DNA of 64,000 bases, from positions 15,414-79,413 of IMG/VR virus record IMGVR_UViG_3300028591_000169; one strand, written 5' to 3'. The DNA comes from a virus (taxonomy: Duplodnaviria; Caudoviricetes). Below are positions 21,801 through 29,489 of this stretch, one piece after another. Position numbers and translations under genes: made by a program. Numbering within the stretch: the first letter of the stretch is position 1; each line of letters begins with the position of its first letter. Under the pieces are notes generated by a model. The model searched no databases. It saw only the letters and a program-made list of their open reading frames with translations, and was not told where the DNA came from.

Positions 21801-22684
21801 CGGACAAAATCTTTCTCTGAATTGATAAAGGATACGACTCTTGTCTCAGGAATAATCCAGCCTATATCCGTCGTATGGTCTTCAATCTGTTCGAATTCGT
21901 CATTGTCGTAAACGACTAAACTCGTCTTGAACGGATTCTTCCTTATCGCTGTAGATTCGTAAATCGAAATATCGTCGTTATAATAGAACTCGATGCTGTC
22001 ATTTCCACAAACAAGCCGAAGACCTTCATCTTCTGTTTTCTGATTGACGACATGGACGGTGCAGGTTGCGATGCCGAATTCCGGGTATGTAGGATTGTAG
22101 ACCTTTATATGATATGTACCGGCAGAGTGAGCCTTGAACCATGTTATCGTATTCGTTCCTCCAAACTCCTGCTTGTATTCAAGCGTGAGTTTATTTACGG
22201 ACTGCTCGTCAGGAACGAATTCCCAACGACCACGATAGTTCTGTGACTTGACGAGTTCGCTCTTGTAATCGCCACCCATACCCCTTGCGCGGACGCAGAA
22301 CAGCTGGTTCTTCTGAACCGTTACTTCTTCCGGCGCAAGAAAGATAGTATAAGGGATGTGATAGTTTTCTCCAGGAACCTCGTCATTGGCAACGACATTG
22401 ACATTCAATATCGCATATTTACTGCGATCTACAACCGAATAGACACGAACAGTAGTAGAACCGGCGGATACACCTTTGATAGTTATAACCGTATCATAGT
22501 AATCCTTATACTTGGCTACGGAACCGCCAACATAGCGAACGACATCCTTGTCTTCGACTATGACCTCGACGACACTCTTGTCTACAGCGCCGGTATCAGT
22601 AATTACTTCGGCCTTGATCTGGGCCTGTTCATTTTTATTGACAACGACGCTGTATTTTGATAACCGTATGCTTGCAATGGACAT
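15851..22684 (-). CDS. Tail muzzle/stabilisation protein (P22 gp10-like), main part, preceded by about 740 aa of Ig-like (Big_2) domains
   Basis: Muzzle-type motifs GNLGFSLDHPIESVVYYETEDIQKIYWVDG, FKGGEKYRFG, GDTYFQRWDCLKT and RKKFRIWR. At least three clear Big_2 repeats (W-S-S-S-[ND]-x-x-I-[VA]-x-V...G) lie at about 20520-21335. Confidence 0.8.
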   Translation of the reverse strand: MSIASIRLSKYSVVVNKNEQAQIKAEVITDTGAVDKSVVEVIVEDKDVVRYVGGSVAKYKDYYDTVITIKGVSAGSTTVRVYSVVDRSKYAILNVNVVANDEVPGENYHIPYTIFLAPEEVTVQKNQLFCVRARGMGGDYKSELVKSQNYRGRWEFVPDEQSVNKLTLEYKQEFGGTNTITWFKAHSAGTYHIKVYNPTYPEFGIATCTVHVVNQKTEDEGLRLVCGNDSIEFYYNDDISIYESTAIRKNPFKTSLVVYDNDEFEQIEDHTTDIGWIIPETRVVSFINSEKDFVRIARGYDYGIVPVTFYLKSNPYIYYPVWVEVLGGYYEKYISPVNPEPTDVVEIELSENVKVVQKGGADGVVLAFGKNSNGDVGGRIKVQRLDGTTTANVSVFSDTTENGKYRIYIRANADVPDGVIYYNVYCEEFPNVTRLLTVHVVEDPTDYLVPINKAVTGIKLDRNTLSLGVGAKAHLGYTIYPNGAYIQDVSWSSSNSDIVTVDQNGNVVGVGKGNALVTVTTVDGGYTDTCQVSVGGYIQVTNLSVSPKSLNLVKNTSAKLTASITPSNATDKTVTWTSQDSSIAIVDANGNVTGISAGYTTITASVDGGVIKDVVTVAVFDDESDIPSTNPNHPELNVRSISLSSSNVRMQVGTSRNLVATVTYEDGHRTIAAEMSLWSSSDTSIVSVGEDGHIQALAVGVAVITVRAKDNPTVNARCTVTVVNSGSDIDQDTEEKESVDYIYRIDYDGDSFKADMLFSGNLGFSLDHPIESVVYYETEDIQKIYWVDGIHPLRFMNFMAESGSEERVRWADGTYFDSNRSVNFGVEVDVSKSNSGNTRANGVVQYLMTYYNKHGQESGYVWISDLIYLSPVNTGGSADGTNMNAVTLRLSNLDTRFDHFRIYSVFRSALDGKTVSYIVFDGTTNVGEVIVIDDNSHLVSIDSSRLLYLGSQFVRASTLTHKDQTLFLGDIQSVGKEYYNDLETIIKATMFADVEKGFANDCIRFVYSDGSTNKPDIPYDSGENYVYNSQLVDSSSKITTFKGGEKYRFGLSFRRGDGTMTEAFWIGDKVNDKYPVIDGNKIHRVVVECSLPAQLVSFIKEIGFTTANLMIAEATNADRSVKAQGIINPTVFNVWDRFKNRTYSSSSWISRPRQSDYAWKHFQPINKSTVSTGEIQCNYWTTDEDPNPYYRIKNYGSDNSSYDEVFDSGLDFDYFVILYKIATRGAVYQNYGSFILVTAKLISFTPEAISELNNYDFYSQQFVLALQELASEILRWSPLGIQKDISRTYTVPSGNFAITIYTTTCDYGKYRGNDTKNHLHNCIASKLLEYSIPSQYIVPLDQDGLFYQWCVATHDNMETDYFFQYNTGLVANTDSRAALNIRRGQTDRWYSVSDVDVSSSPDYAPSYYKKHLMFIDENTITLNSPEFDHEAMLLDNADKYKLRIVGVAKISSVISDYTVDASPGKLVGENLVNQKFGVPNGILSWPLWREYGITERNESDDAPEFHHSTKNRRLWDSIDYIRDGSIRRYWLHMWHHPGSITTFVSNDQNQDGSFTQVDETYSELHSKTFANLKYSNVTWYNNLNVTNNTYDLESVRLFNYTSSQYVGLKVGGETRYYDGVVNESLSMPSKLRYPILYSSGSFATADDQDFIIVDDNQENTMFSDIPVQITYSSSPHLVMSLPTNILNGYVQTILPRFSSHVNESVILPTRTSDITGCVLPWAKKSEDAFYPFKDYSVNQGTFALSGNPITNTARTIGEDDSYLYIGEIYYPFDDDTRYGGTTESAVQNNRFIIAGPQHLVSDMTADGISDILIGNQGDTYFQRWDCLKTKPYSTGAVNNVVDITSVMIETHVNIDGRTDLQRGVSHLASIDAEKFGQINPVYSQHNNFIVQRDLDSDFNLDSYRSSITWSLEKHDSEDIDEWSHVTLASTLKLDGDKGICRALRRMGNSIIAFQDRGISEILFNSRTQLSTQDGVPVEIANSGKVDGKRYITNKYGCVNKWSIIEGKNALYFVDNINKAFCSFNGQAIDNLSTRLGFGAWFREINNIEPWAPSKFNNIVSYYDKVHSDIYLVRKNDDKPCLVYNETLGAFTSFFDYREVPMITNVEDRLVSFRDNKLWLQNEGLYCNFFGKQYDYWTQYRVTPDPFGDKIWTNIDYRADFFEVLDDNAEPIVSETELINGDIDDTYKEWETFTDFKVWDEYQDTGFTLFAHEQFNRDDVRKKFRIWRLVIPRALKEGTNKHGMDRIRNPWINLLFRKNDVDGKYLMQLHDIVVKYFE

Positions 22685-22696
22685 ATGTCTAATCTT

Positions 22697-22966
22697 TTAT
22701 TCGCCAGTATTCGTCTTCACTGCATCGTCGTGAAGGAAAAGGATGATGTGATTCTTCAGAACATTCCAGCCGACAACTTTACCAGGAAGTTCCGGAAGCG
22801 GAATCTCCTTAGTCCCGCGCTCGTTGGTCACAGATAGAAGAGTGTCGTGATCGCGGGCAATGATGCGGATATTATGATTCTCATACGCAGAAGACTCGCC
22901 TGCCTTTGAAATGGACAGGTCGCGGTTCATGCCTTTGTTCTGTAAGACGAATGCCTTCTGTTTCAT
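22697..22966 (-). CDS. Detached N-terminal 89 aa of the muzzle protein
   Basis: KGMNRDLSISK...NIRI...LLSVTNERGTKEI matches the crAss muzzle N-terminus as I recall it. In frame with 15851-22684 and separated from it by TAA plus 4 codons. Confidence 0.7.
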   Translation of the reverse strand: MKQKAFVLQNKGMNRDLSISKAGESSAYENHNIRIIARDHDTLLSVTNERGTKEIPLPELPGKVVGWNVLKNHIILFLHDDAVKTNTGE

Positions 22967-22969
22967 ACC

Positions 22970-23707
22970 CTAATGTCTTTTCCAGTATTCCTTTGCACCG
23001 TTGTCGAAGAACGCCTTCCAGTGCTGGTTGTTTCTCGGAAGCAAGGTCTTGAACGAATTGAACAGCGTTTCCGCCTTGTCGAGATCGAGACGGGAGAATT
23101 CATTCTGGGCATCACCAACGGACCAGCAATATTCCTGCTGCGCATTGGCGAACACCTGCTGCGATATCTTCCCCATATCGAACTGGATAGTGAACCACTG
23201 TAGTTTAATGTAGTTCTCAAGTCCGCGAAGGAAAGACGCGTTGTCGGGAAGAAGCGGATAGCCCTCCTCGTCAACAGCGAAACCGCGATATGCAACTTCG
23301 ACATCAACATCCTTCGTGGAGGTGAAGATGACCATTCCCTGCGTCTTATAAGTGAGTTCACCCGTGAGCAAAGCATCCGGCTTGATATCGGACATATGAA
23401 ACGAATGACCGGAATAGCGATAGACCGGACCGAAGAATCCGGGCTTTCGGCAACAGTCGAGCCAGCGTTTTGCGTGCTGACGACCAGCCATTCTTACCTG
23501 GATCATCTCAACGAAATCACAGGGCAACTGACCGCGCCAATTATGGACATCAACGATTGCCGTCTTCTCGTCATACAGCGCCGGAGTCCCCATCAGCTCG
23601 ATGAAGTCAATTGCATATTCGACGGCAGTCTCGAAAGGGATGTCTCGCATCATCGGATGACGCATCACCCTGTCAAGGATTCTTCGTATGTTGGTTGTCT
23701 GGTTCAT
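22970..23707 (-). CDS. Tail ring/tubular protein (P22 gp4-like), 245 aa
   Basis: Conserved position upstream of the muzzle; motifs LPCDF and DEEGYPLLPDN...ENYIK. Confidence 0.65.
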   Translation of the reverse strand: MNQTTNIRRILDRVMRHPMMRDIPFETAVEYAIDFIELMGTPALYDEKTAIVDVHNWRGQLPCDFVEMIQVRMAGRQHAKRWLDCCRKPGFFGPVYRYSGHSFHMSDIKPDALLTGELTYKTQGMVIFTSTKDVDVEVAYRGFAVDEEGYPLLPDNASFLRGLENYIKLQWFTIQFDMGKISQQVFANAQQEYCWSVGDAQNEFSRLDLDKAETLFNSFKTLLPRNNQHWKAFFDNGAKEYWKRH

Positions 23708-24162
23708 ATCATTTCTTTTCCATATTCAATCGGAACCCACGGACAGTCATAAGACCGATACAGTTCCTTCATCTTCTTAAACAGTCTTCGGTTCGCGACG
23801 AAGCCGTAGCATCTCAAGTTTTTGTTCTTGTCCCTTCTTGGAAGATAGGTAATGCTGAACGCTTCCGGCTCTCCATCAAAATGTCCTTTTTCCCAGTTGA
23901 AGCCTCCGTATCCGACAAACTTGTCTCCACGATACTGCGGGCTTTTCCGTATCGTCACCGCTGCAACCGTTCCCAATCCGCACGGAAGGTCTACGGCACC
24001 TTCCTTTTTCAAATCTTCAGCGAGCAGACTGCAATATTCCTTGACGATAGCCGTATATGTATGTAGGTTTACCGGTTCATTCTTTCTCGTCCTTCTGACA
24101 TACACTTCGTAGCCGTCGGTCATGTCAGGATATCTTGCCTGTCCGCTGAATGCCAATCTCAT
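23704..24162 (-). CDS. IHF/HU-like DNA-binding protein, 152 aa
   Basis: Segment YTAIVKEYCSLLAEDLKKEGAVDLPCGLGTV resembles the HU/IHF fold; crAss tail modules carry such a gene at this position. Confidence 0.55.
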   Translation of the reverse strand: MRLAFSGQARYPDMTDGYEVYVRRTRKNEPVNLHTYTAIVKEYCSLLAEDLKKEGAVDLPCGLGTVAAVTIRKSPQYRGDKFVGYGGFNWEKGHFDGEPEAFSITYLPRRDKNKNLRCYGFVANRRLFKKMKELYRSYDCPWVPIEYGKEMI

Positions 24163-24917
24163 TCTTCAGCCTCCTGTCTCGGTTTGTAAGTGCTGTTCTC
24201 GACAGGTCTCGGATGTCTCTGCTGCGTTACAGCCGCGTCAGCCAGTCCATCCTTCGCATCGTTCTGCTTGTCTTCCGGTGCATATCTGGAACCCATCATC
24301 TCCTGAACGGTGAGTTCAATGCAGGAAGGAATAAGCGCACTCTCAAGCGGGAACTTCATCTCAAGGATATTGCACTTGCCGCTCCCATCACCGTCACAGG
24401 ACAACTCCGCCGCCTTTCTCGGGTCGGAAAATACAGCAGTCATTCTGACCTTTTCCAGATACATGAACTGGGGATGGTTGCCGGTTATGTACAGGTGCCC
24501 GTCATTGCTCTTGGCGGCATAGATGATATTCTTCAACCACTTATTGTATCCGACATACGGCATTCTCTCCGGCGGAATGAAAGTCACGGTGGACTGAATC
24601 ATATCGCTGATAGTAGAGAGCGTCGTGTTGGAGACATTGATGGTGTCTGGAATTTCCTCGATGGAATGAAGCCAAAGACCAGTGCATCCAGACGGTAGCA
24701 TCTCCGTCGGCTCAAGCGTAAGGCAAATGTCCTGAAGGTTCTCGTCAGACATCGGAGTGAATGTCTGGTTGCGCGAGTTCTTGTACTTCCGCTCGAGCAA
24801 CAGATTCCGAATATGCGATGCGAAGAAGATGACATGCTCCTCGGTGAAGTGCGCATCATCTGCCTTTTCCTTGAGTAAATCGAGGACCGCATATGTGATT
24901 TCTCCAAATGTAGCCAT
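24159..24917 (-). CDS. Tail ring protein, 252 aa
   Basis: Conserved crAss structural gene by synteny and motifs (DDAHFTEEHVIF, VFSDP, FPLESALI). Confidence 0.6.
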   Translation of the reverse strand: MATFGEITYAVLDLLKEKADDAHFTEEHVIFFASHIRNLLLERKYKNSRNQTFTPMSDENLQDICLTLEPTEMLPSGCTGLWLHSIEEIPDTINVSNTTLSTISDMIQSTVTFIPPERMPYVGYNKWLKNIIYAAKSNDGHLYITGNHPQFMYLEKVRMTAVFSDPRKAAELSCDGDGSGKCNILEMKFPLESALIPSCIELTVQEMMGSRYAPEDKQNDAKDGLADAAVTQQRHPRPVENSTYKPRQEAEE

Positions 24918-24918
24918 A

Positions 24919-25305
24919 CTAAATTACTCTTATGTAATCGTCCTGAGTATATCTATCCTTGTTCGGAATAGCATTACCATTCTCGTCAACCGCATAGTCC
25001 TCCGTAATCCTATTCTTAAGCACGCCCATATATTCGTTACGACCAATCGTAACCTTGTTCGTGCAGAACACGGAATAAGGAAGCAGACATCCACCATTGG
25101 AGAACAGTTTACGCAACGCGTTATCTACTGCGCTATAATCTTCCTCGGAGAAGAACCGGTGCGTGCTGTCAACGAAATCGATAAGAAACAGGTAAAGCAT
25201 GAAGCGGGACATCATTCCCGGCTTGATGTATCCTGTGTTCTTCAGGATATCGAAATATTTGGTTGTCGTATCAAGGGCCCTACCCTCGTCAATTACCTGT
25301 AACAT
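24919..25305 (-). CDS. Structural protein, probably tail hub, 128 aa
   Basis: Tightly packed ORF in the structural operon; assignment by synteny. Confidence 0.5.
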   Translation of the reverse strand: MLQVIDEGRALDTTTKYFDILKNTGYIKPGMMSRFMLYLFLIDFVDSTHRFFSEEDYSAVDNALRKLFSNGGCLLPYSVFCTNKVTIGRNEYMGVLKNRITEDYAVDENGNAIPNKDRYTQDDYIRVI

Positions 25306-25312
25306 AATTCAA

Positions 25313-25927
25313 CTATCTACAACCACAACCAGAAGGACGAGCGCTTGTCTGAACAAACGGATTGTCGGGAGAAAGAAGGAACTTGTCCCAAAGGTCGGAA
25401 ACGAGGTTCCAGTCACAAGTGGACAGGGCCATCTTCAGCGCCTCCCAGAGAACGGCGAAGTGTTCGAAGCCCGTAAGATCCGGGCAGGGATTACAGCCGT
25501 TGAACAGAGAGTTCACATAGGACATCCCTGTATTATAGAACGCCTTCCAGTCGAGAATGGCGCCAATCTTCACCTGATCGTCGTATCCGCATGGATAGTT
25601 AGGAATAGAATGAGGGAGTGTTCCGTCACAGTTGACGATGACATAGAACAGGCCATTCCTAAAAGTGGATGTCCCCATATTCATTCTTCCAAGCGCAGAC
25701 TCGGCAACAGAAAGGCGGACAGCCCTTACCTTGTTGTCGTCATTCGTATTCTCATAGATGCAGACAGCCTTGCTGGACGGCATTGAAGCGGCATTCGCAT
25801 TCTTATAATATTCGAGATATACCGACTTGATATACATGTTCTTGTAGATATCGACACGCTCTATCTCGCAGTCAATCAGAAGGCAACTGTAATCATCGGA
25901 TATTCGCAGCTCGTTGAAAGTAACCAT
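25313..25927 (-). CDS. Structural protein, probably tail hub, 204 aa
   Basis: ORF with a C-terminal CGC motif, preceded by a TAnnTTTG promoter box; assignment by synteny. Confidence 0.5.
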   Translation of the reverse strand: MVTFNELRISDDYSCLLIDCEIERVDIYKNMYIKSVYLEYYKNANAASMPSSKAVCIYENTNDDNKVRAVRLSVAESALGRMNMGTSTFRNGLFYVIVNCDGTLPHSIPNYPCGYDDQVKIGAILDWKAFYNTGMSYVNSLFNGCNPCPDLTGFEHFAVLWEALKMALSTCDWNLVSDLWDKFLLSPDNPFVQTSARPSGCGCR

Positions 25928-25943
25928 AACACATTTATTTGTC

Positions 25944-25951
25944 CAAATGTA
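25944..25951 (-). promoter_or_regulatory. Bacteroidota sigma-A -7 box (TACATTTG)
   Basis: Exact TAnnTTTG match just after a terminator and 16 nt upstream of the ATG at 25927. Confidence 0.5.
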
Positions 25952-25989
25952 AAAAGAAAAGGAGAGTGGATTTCAACCCAAACTCCTTT
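25951..25989 (-). terminator. Intrinsic terminator after the glycosyltransferase-like gene
   Basis: AAAGGAG...CTCCTTT stem followed by TCTTTTT on the minus strand. Confidence 0.55.
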
Positions 25990-26014
25990 ACTTACATAGA
26001 ATAAAGATGTTGCT

Positions 26015-26758
26015 TTACAAGCCGTAATGTTCGCGAAGGATAGACTCCATTTCTGGCTTCCATCCCCTGAAGGAATTGGATATCCAAATCTTCTTTTCTA
26101 TCATATCCTTCAAAGTTTCCATATCTTCTTTCCGCTCCCATACCTTATACTGATAATCATTCGGCTCCTCTTCAATTACAACATAGTCAGAATCAGCAAA
26201 ATAAGTATTGAAGTACAACTGTTCAACAACGCGGCTCTTGGTATCACAGTCATACTCGTCATAGATGTCAAACAACTTATCCCACTCGTACCATACAGGC
26301 AGGTGACAAACCCAGTTCATCGTGGGAAGTCTACGACCCATCAAGATTTTCTTCGTTCTGTAATTGTCTACAACCCATGCATTTGCAGAAGTGAACGAAC
26401 CTTCTATCTGCATTTTTCTGACCTTCGGCTTCTTGACATCTTCCAGCGTGAAATCCCTCACTGCGTAAATATCATCACAGGTATATATGAATCCATCCGT
26501 TTTTGGATAGGCGTTGAATACCGTCCTGAACTTATTCACATGATCGATATGCGCCCAGTAGTTTCCTTTCCCAGGCCACTTGACCCTCGGGCAGTTGATG
26601 AAGGTTATGTCATCACCGGTATCGACTATCGGATGATAATCCCCGACAACAACTATTTTGAATTCTTCCTTGAAATGCTTCCTCCACCCGGCAACTGCGA
26701 GTTCGAGTTCCGTACCCTGTGCGTCCTTGGCGAGATACGGTATAACTACGAGTACCAT
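26015..26758 (-). CDS. GT-A glycosyltransferase-like protein, 247 aa
   Basis: N-terminal VVIPY strand, KIVVVGD, and FIYTCDDIY (DxD-like motif). Confidence 0.5.
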   Translation of the reverse strand: MVLVVIPYLAKDAQGTELELAVAGWRKHFKEEFKIVVVGDYHPIVDTGDDITFINCPRVKWPGKGNYWAHIDHVNKFRTVFNAYPKTDGFIYTCDDIYAVRDFTLEDVKKPKVRKMQIEGSFTSANAWVVDNYRTKKILMGRRLPTMNWVCHLPVWYEWDKLFDIYDEYDCDTKSRVVEQLYFNTYFADSDYVVIEEEPNDYQYKVWERKEDMETLKDMIEKKIWISNSFRGWKPEMESILREHYGL

Positions 26759-26767
26759 CTCTTCTAT

Positions 26768-26796
26768 AAAAGAAGGGGCGAGATCTCTCCCGCCCC
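26768..26796 (-). terminator. Intrinsic terminator after the auxiliary capsid gene
   Basis: GGGGCG/CGCCCC stem followed by TTCTTTT. Confidence 0.65.
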
Positions 26797-26829
26797 AGTC
26801 ATCATATTATGTTACGTTAACCCTTTCGA

Positions 26830-27834
26830 TTAGGAAGAGGCGACGCCAGCCATCGCAGCGGCGAGGGCATCGTAGATGCCATCCGCATCGCTGGTGGCCT
26901 GGGAACCGGAACCGGAGACCTCGCAAGCGAACTGAATCATTCGCGGGCTCTTCTGGACGTTCTCGGCGGAACCCTGCCAGAAATACTCGACGGAGACCAG
27001 GTCGTACTTCTTGGTCAGGTCGACGAGCGGAGTCGGCTCATAGTTCATCGGATACGCATAACCGCGCTTGTCATCGCCACGCTCGCCCATGGTGAACGCC
27101 TCGAGATCGGCGATGCCATAGACGCTGGGGATAACGGTGTAGCCACTAACATCACTGTCGGCAACGGTGTCGGTGCCCCAAGCGATGTCGTCGAGGTTGC
27201 CGTCGTGCAGGACGAAAGCTACGGAGAACGGATACTGCTCGTTGCTCTTCAGGCCACGGCGATACGATTGGGGAGTCTCCACGAGGACGACACCGGCAGC
27301 GGCACCAGTGGCAGAACCAGCCTTGGCGATAGCCGGAGTGACTTCGGAGCCGTTGCTGAACACGCGGGCAATCGGGAAGTCGCGCTTCGGCAGGACAAGG
27401 GCGATAGCCTCAGCAAGAGCCTTGTGGAAGGCGGTGGCATTGGCAGTGTTGGTGGAGTTACCGACGACGGTGGCGACAACGCGGAACGTGTCGTTCATGT
27501 CGTAGGAACCGACCTGATGGAAAGTGATGATGCAGGACAGGGTCTTGCCGACGAGATTCGCAAGGGTGACCTTGGTGGTATCGATGGCAAGCGTATGCTT
27601 CTTCAGCTTGATGTCCATGTCCGCAGCGGCAGTTTTCTTCAGGCTGACGATGTTCTTCGGATAAATAATATCCGTGCGAGTGAGCTGACCGTCACCGTTG
27701 AAATACTTGAAGAAAACCTCGCCAGTAGCAGCGGTGCCCATCGCCAGCTCCCCAGCGGAATCAGGCTCACCGGAAGCAAGGAAATCCTTCACAACATAAA
27801 GGTTGCGAGTCTGGTAAGTGTTGAAATTTGCCAT
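26830..27834 (-). CDS. Auxiliary capsid protein (crAss gene 73-like), 334 aa
   Basis: N-terminus NTYQTRNLYV and motif MGERGDDKRG; same C-ending codon style as the MCP gene; synteny. Confidence 0.65.
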   Translation of the reverse strand: MANFNTYQTRNLYVVKDFLASGEPDSAGELAMGTAATGEVFFKYFNGDGQLTRTDIIYPKNIVSLKKTAAADMDIKLKKHTLAIDTTKVTLANLVGKTLSCIITFHQVGSYDMNDTFRVVATVVGNSTNTANATAFHKALAEAIALVLPKRDFPIARVFSNGSEVTPAIAKAGSATGAAAGVVLVETPQSYRRGLKSNEQYPFSVAFVLHDGNLDDIAWGTDTVADSDVSGYTVIPSVYGIADLEAFTMGERGDDKRGYAYPMNYEPTPLVDLTKKYDLVSVEYFWQGSAENVQKSPRMIQFACEVSGSGSQATSDADGIYDALAAAMAGVASS

Positions 27835-27866
27835 AAGCTTATGAGTTATTTATTGGTTTCGATTAG

Positions 27867-28556
27867 TTAGGAAAGCCAAACTGCCTTGGCCCTTCTGACA
27901 GCCTCCTCGAGAATCGCCTGATGGAGATGCTCGTTGAGCTTGCAGGTCTTGGCCTCGCTTTCGCCTTCGATGGTAAGTCCGTCTTCCAAGTCACACAGGA
28001 TGATAGGTTCAGGTTTCTTGATGTACCGCACCGTATACTTCCCGATCTCGTAGTCGCTGACGAGTTCGGAGTATCGGGAAGAATACAGGCTGCTTCCAAT
28101 TTCATCGGATGCACCGTAGGCAAGACGGAGAACCTTTTCGGTATTCTGCTTCCTGAACGGGTTGCGGTATGTACGCCAAAATTCGTCCTGTGTCACCGGA
28201 GTCACAATCGCCGATTTCTCGCCGCAACCATCCACGGATATCTTGCACATCTCGAGCGTAATGAACAGGAGGTCTTCGGGCAGTTCGTACACCTTTGAAT
28301 TGTCTACGATCTTGGGAGCATCGGAAGCGACATTGCAGTCTTCCTGACAGACAAGATTGGCGAGATAACTCGTCAGCTCCTCGGTCTCCTCGAAAGAATG
28401 CTTGATGCTTCCGTTGTACAGACCAATGACGACAGCGAACTCAGCTTCGGTAAGAAAAACACTCTTTTCATAGGAGTTATGACCGGGAGCCTGATTGCTG
28501 GTTATGTTCTGGTACAATAGGTCAAACCCGTTCTCCCATTCTTCGCAGTTCTTCAT
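27867..28556 (-). CDS. Conserved structural protein (crAss gene 74-like, ring protein), 229 aa
   Basis: NITSNQAPGHNSYEKSVFLT and LHQAILEEAV motifs; synteny. Confidence 0.65.
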   Translation of the reverse strand: MKNCEEWENGFDLLYQNITSNQAPGHNSYEKSVFLTEAEFAVVIGLYNGSIKHSFEETEELTSYLANLVCQEDCNVASDAPKIVDNSKVYELPEDLLFITLEMCKISVDGCGEKSAIVTPVTQDEFWRTYRNPFRKQNTEKVLRLAYGASDEIGSSLYSSRYSELVSDYEIGKYTVRYIKKPEPIILCDLEDGLTIEGESEAKTCKLNEHLHQAILEEAVRRAKAVWLS

Positions 28557-29464
28557 TTGGCATTACGGTTCTTTCCGACCTCGCTCTCGAGGATGAACTT
28601 GATATCCTGATGGGACGGAAGGTTAAGATACTTGGCGGCGATGGACAGCGTCGGGTCTTCACCCATATCGCACAGCGGGGAATTGTCGGACTTCAAATAG
28701 TAGTGGTCGCCACGCTTTGAAAGAACGCCGATTTCCGTACCGCGACGGATGAGGACCTTGGCGTGAAGGAGAGGATCGGTAATCTGAGCGAGGAACTTCT
28801 TCGGGTCGTTTTCGATGAGCGAACTGATACGGGACTTGAGGAACACAGCCTTCTCGTTTGGCGAGTAAGGGCGGGCGTCAAGAAGTTCGACGAGGACACG
28901 CATGGTGTCAAGGTCGTTCTCGACTTTCATGAATTCCTTGTAGCTCTGCATCTTCGCATCCATCTTGGCGGTCTCGATGGAGTCTTCCTCGTTTTCACGG
29001 ACCAGTTCGAACTGATAAGTGTTCTTAGGTCTGTCGATGCGCTCCTGAACAGAAGGGGCGATAAGGTCGCTGTTGGCAAGAAGAACCTTATACTTGATGT
29101 AATCCTCGGGATCAGCGAGGTTCAAGTGCAGGCCCTCCTTCGCATTGTCGATGCGGACCTTGTAGTCGTCCCAGAAGTTGTTCTCCTTCTTATAGACGGA
29201 CAGAGCGTTGTAGTCAAGGCCAAGGGCTTCTTCAAGGAAATCCTTCTCCGCGTCAGTAAGCACATTCTTGTACTTGCCGGTGGAACGGAGAACAGGAACC
29301 ACGAACACGGAATAAGCACCGTCAACACGGGAGCCGTAGGCAACATGGCTTTTCTCGAGCCCGTTGTCCTTCGGGACCCATCTGACATAGATGCGTTCGT
29401 TCCGCAGCGGATTGACCTTGACTTCGCTCATTTCTTCTTTAGCTTTTGCAGTTTTTCTTTCCAT
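28553..29464 (-). CDS. Conserved protein (crAss gene 75-like), 303 aa
   Basis: Directly downstream of the MCP; motifs NPLRNERIYVR and EDYIKYKVLLAN. Confidence 0.65.
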   Translation of the reverse strand: MERKTAKAKEEMSEVKVNPLRNERIYVRWVPKDNGLEKSHVAYGSRVDGAYSVFVVPVLRSTGKYKNVLTDAEKDFLEEALGLDYNALSVYKKENNFWDDYKVRIDNAKEGLHLNLADPEDYIKYKVLLANSDLIAPSVQERIDRPKNTYQFELVRENEEDSIETAKMDAKMQSYKEFMKVENDLDTMRVLVELLDARPYSPNEKAVFLKSRISSLIENDPKKFLAQITDPLLHAKVLIRRGTEIGVLSKRGDHYYLKSDNSPLCDMGEDPTLSIAAKYLNLPSHQDIKFILESEVGKNRNAK

Positions 29465-29489
29465 AATTATCTTCTCCTATTGTTACAGA

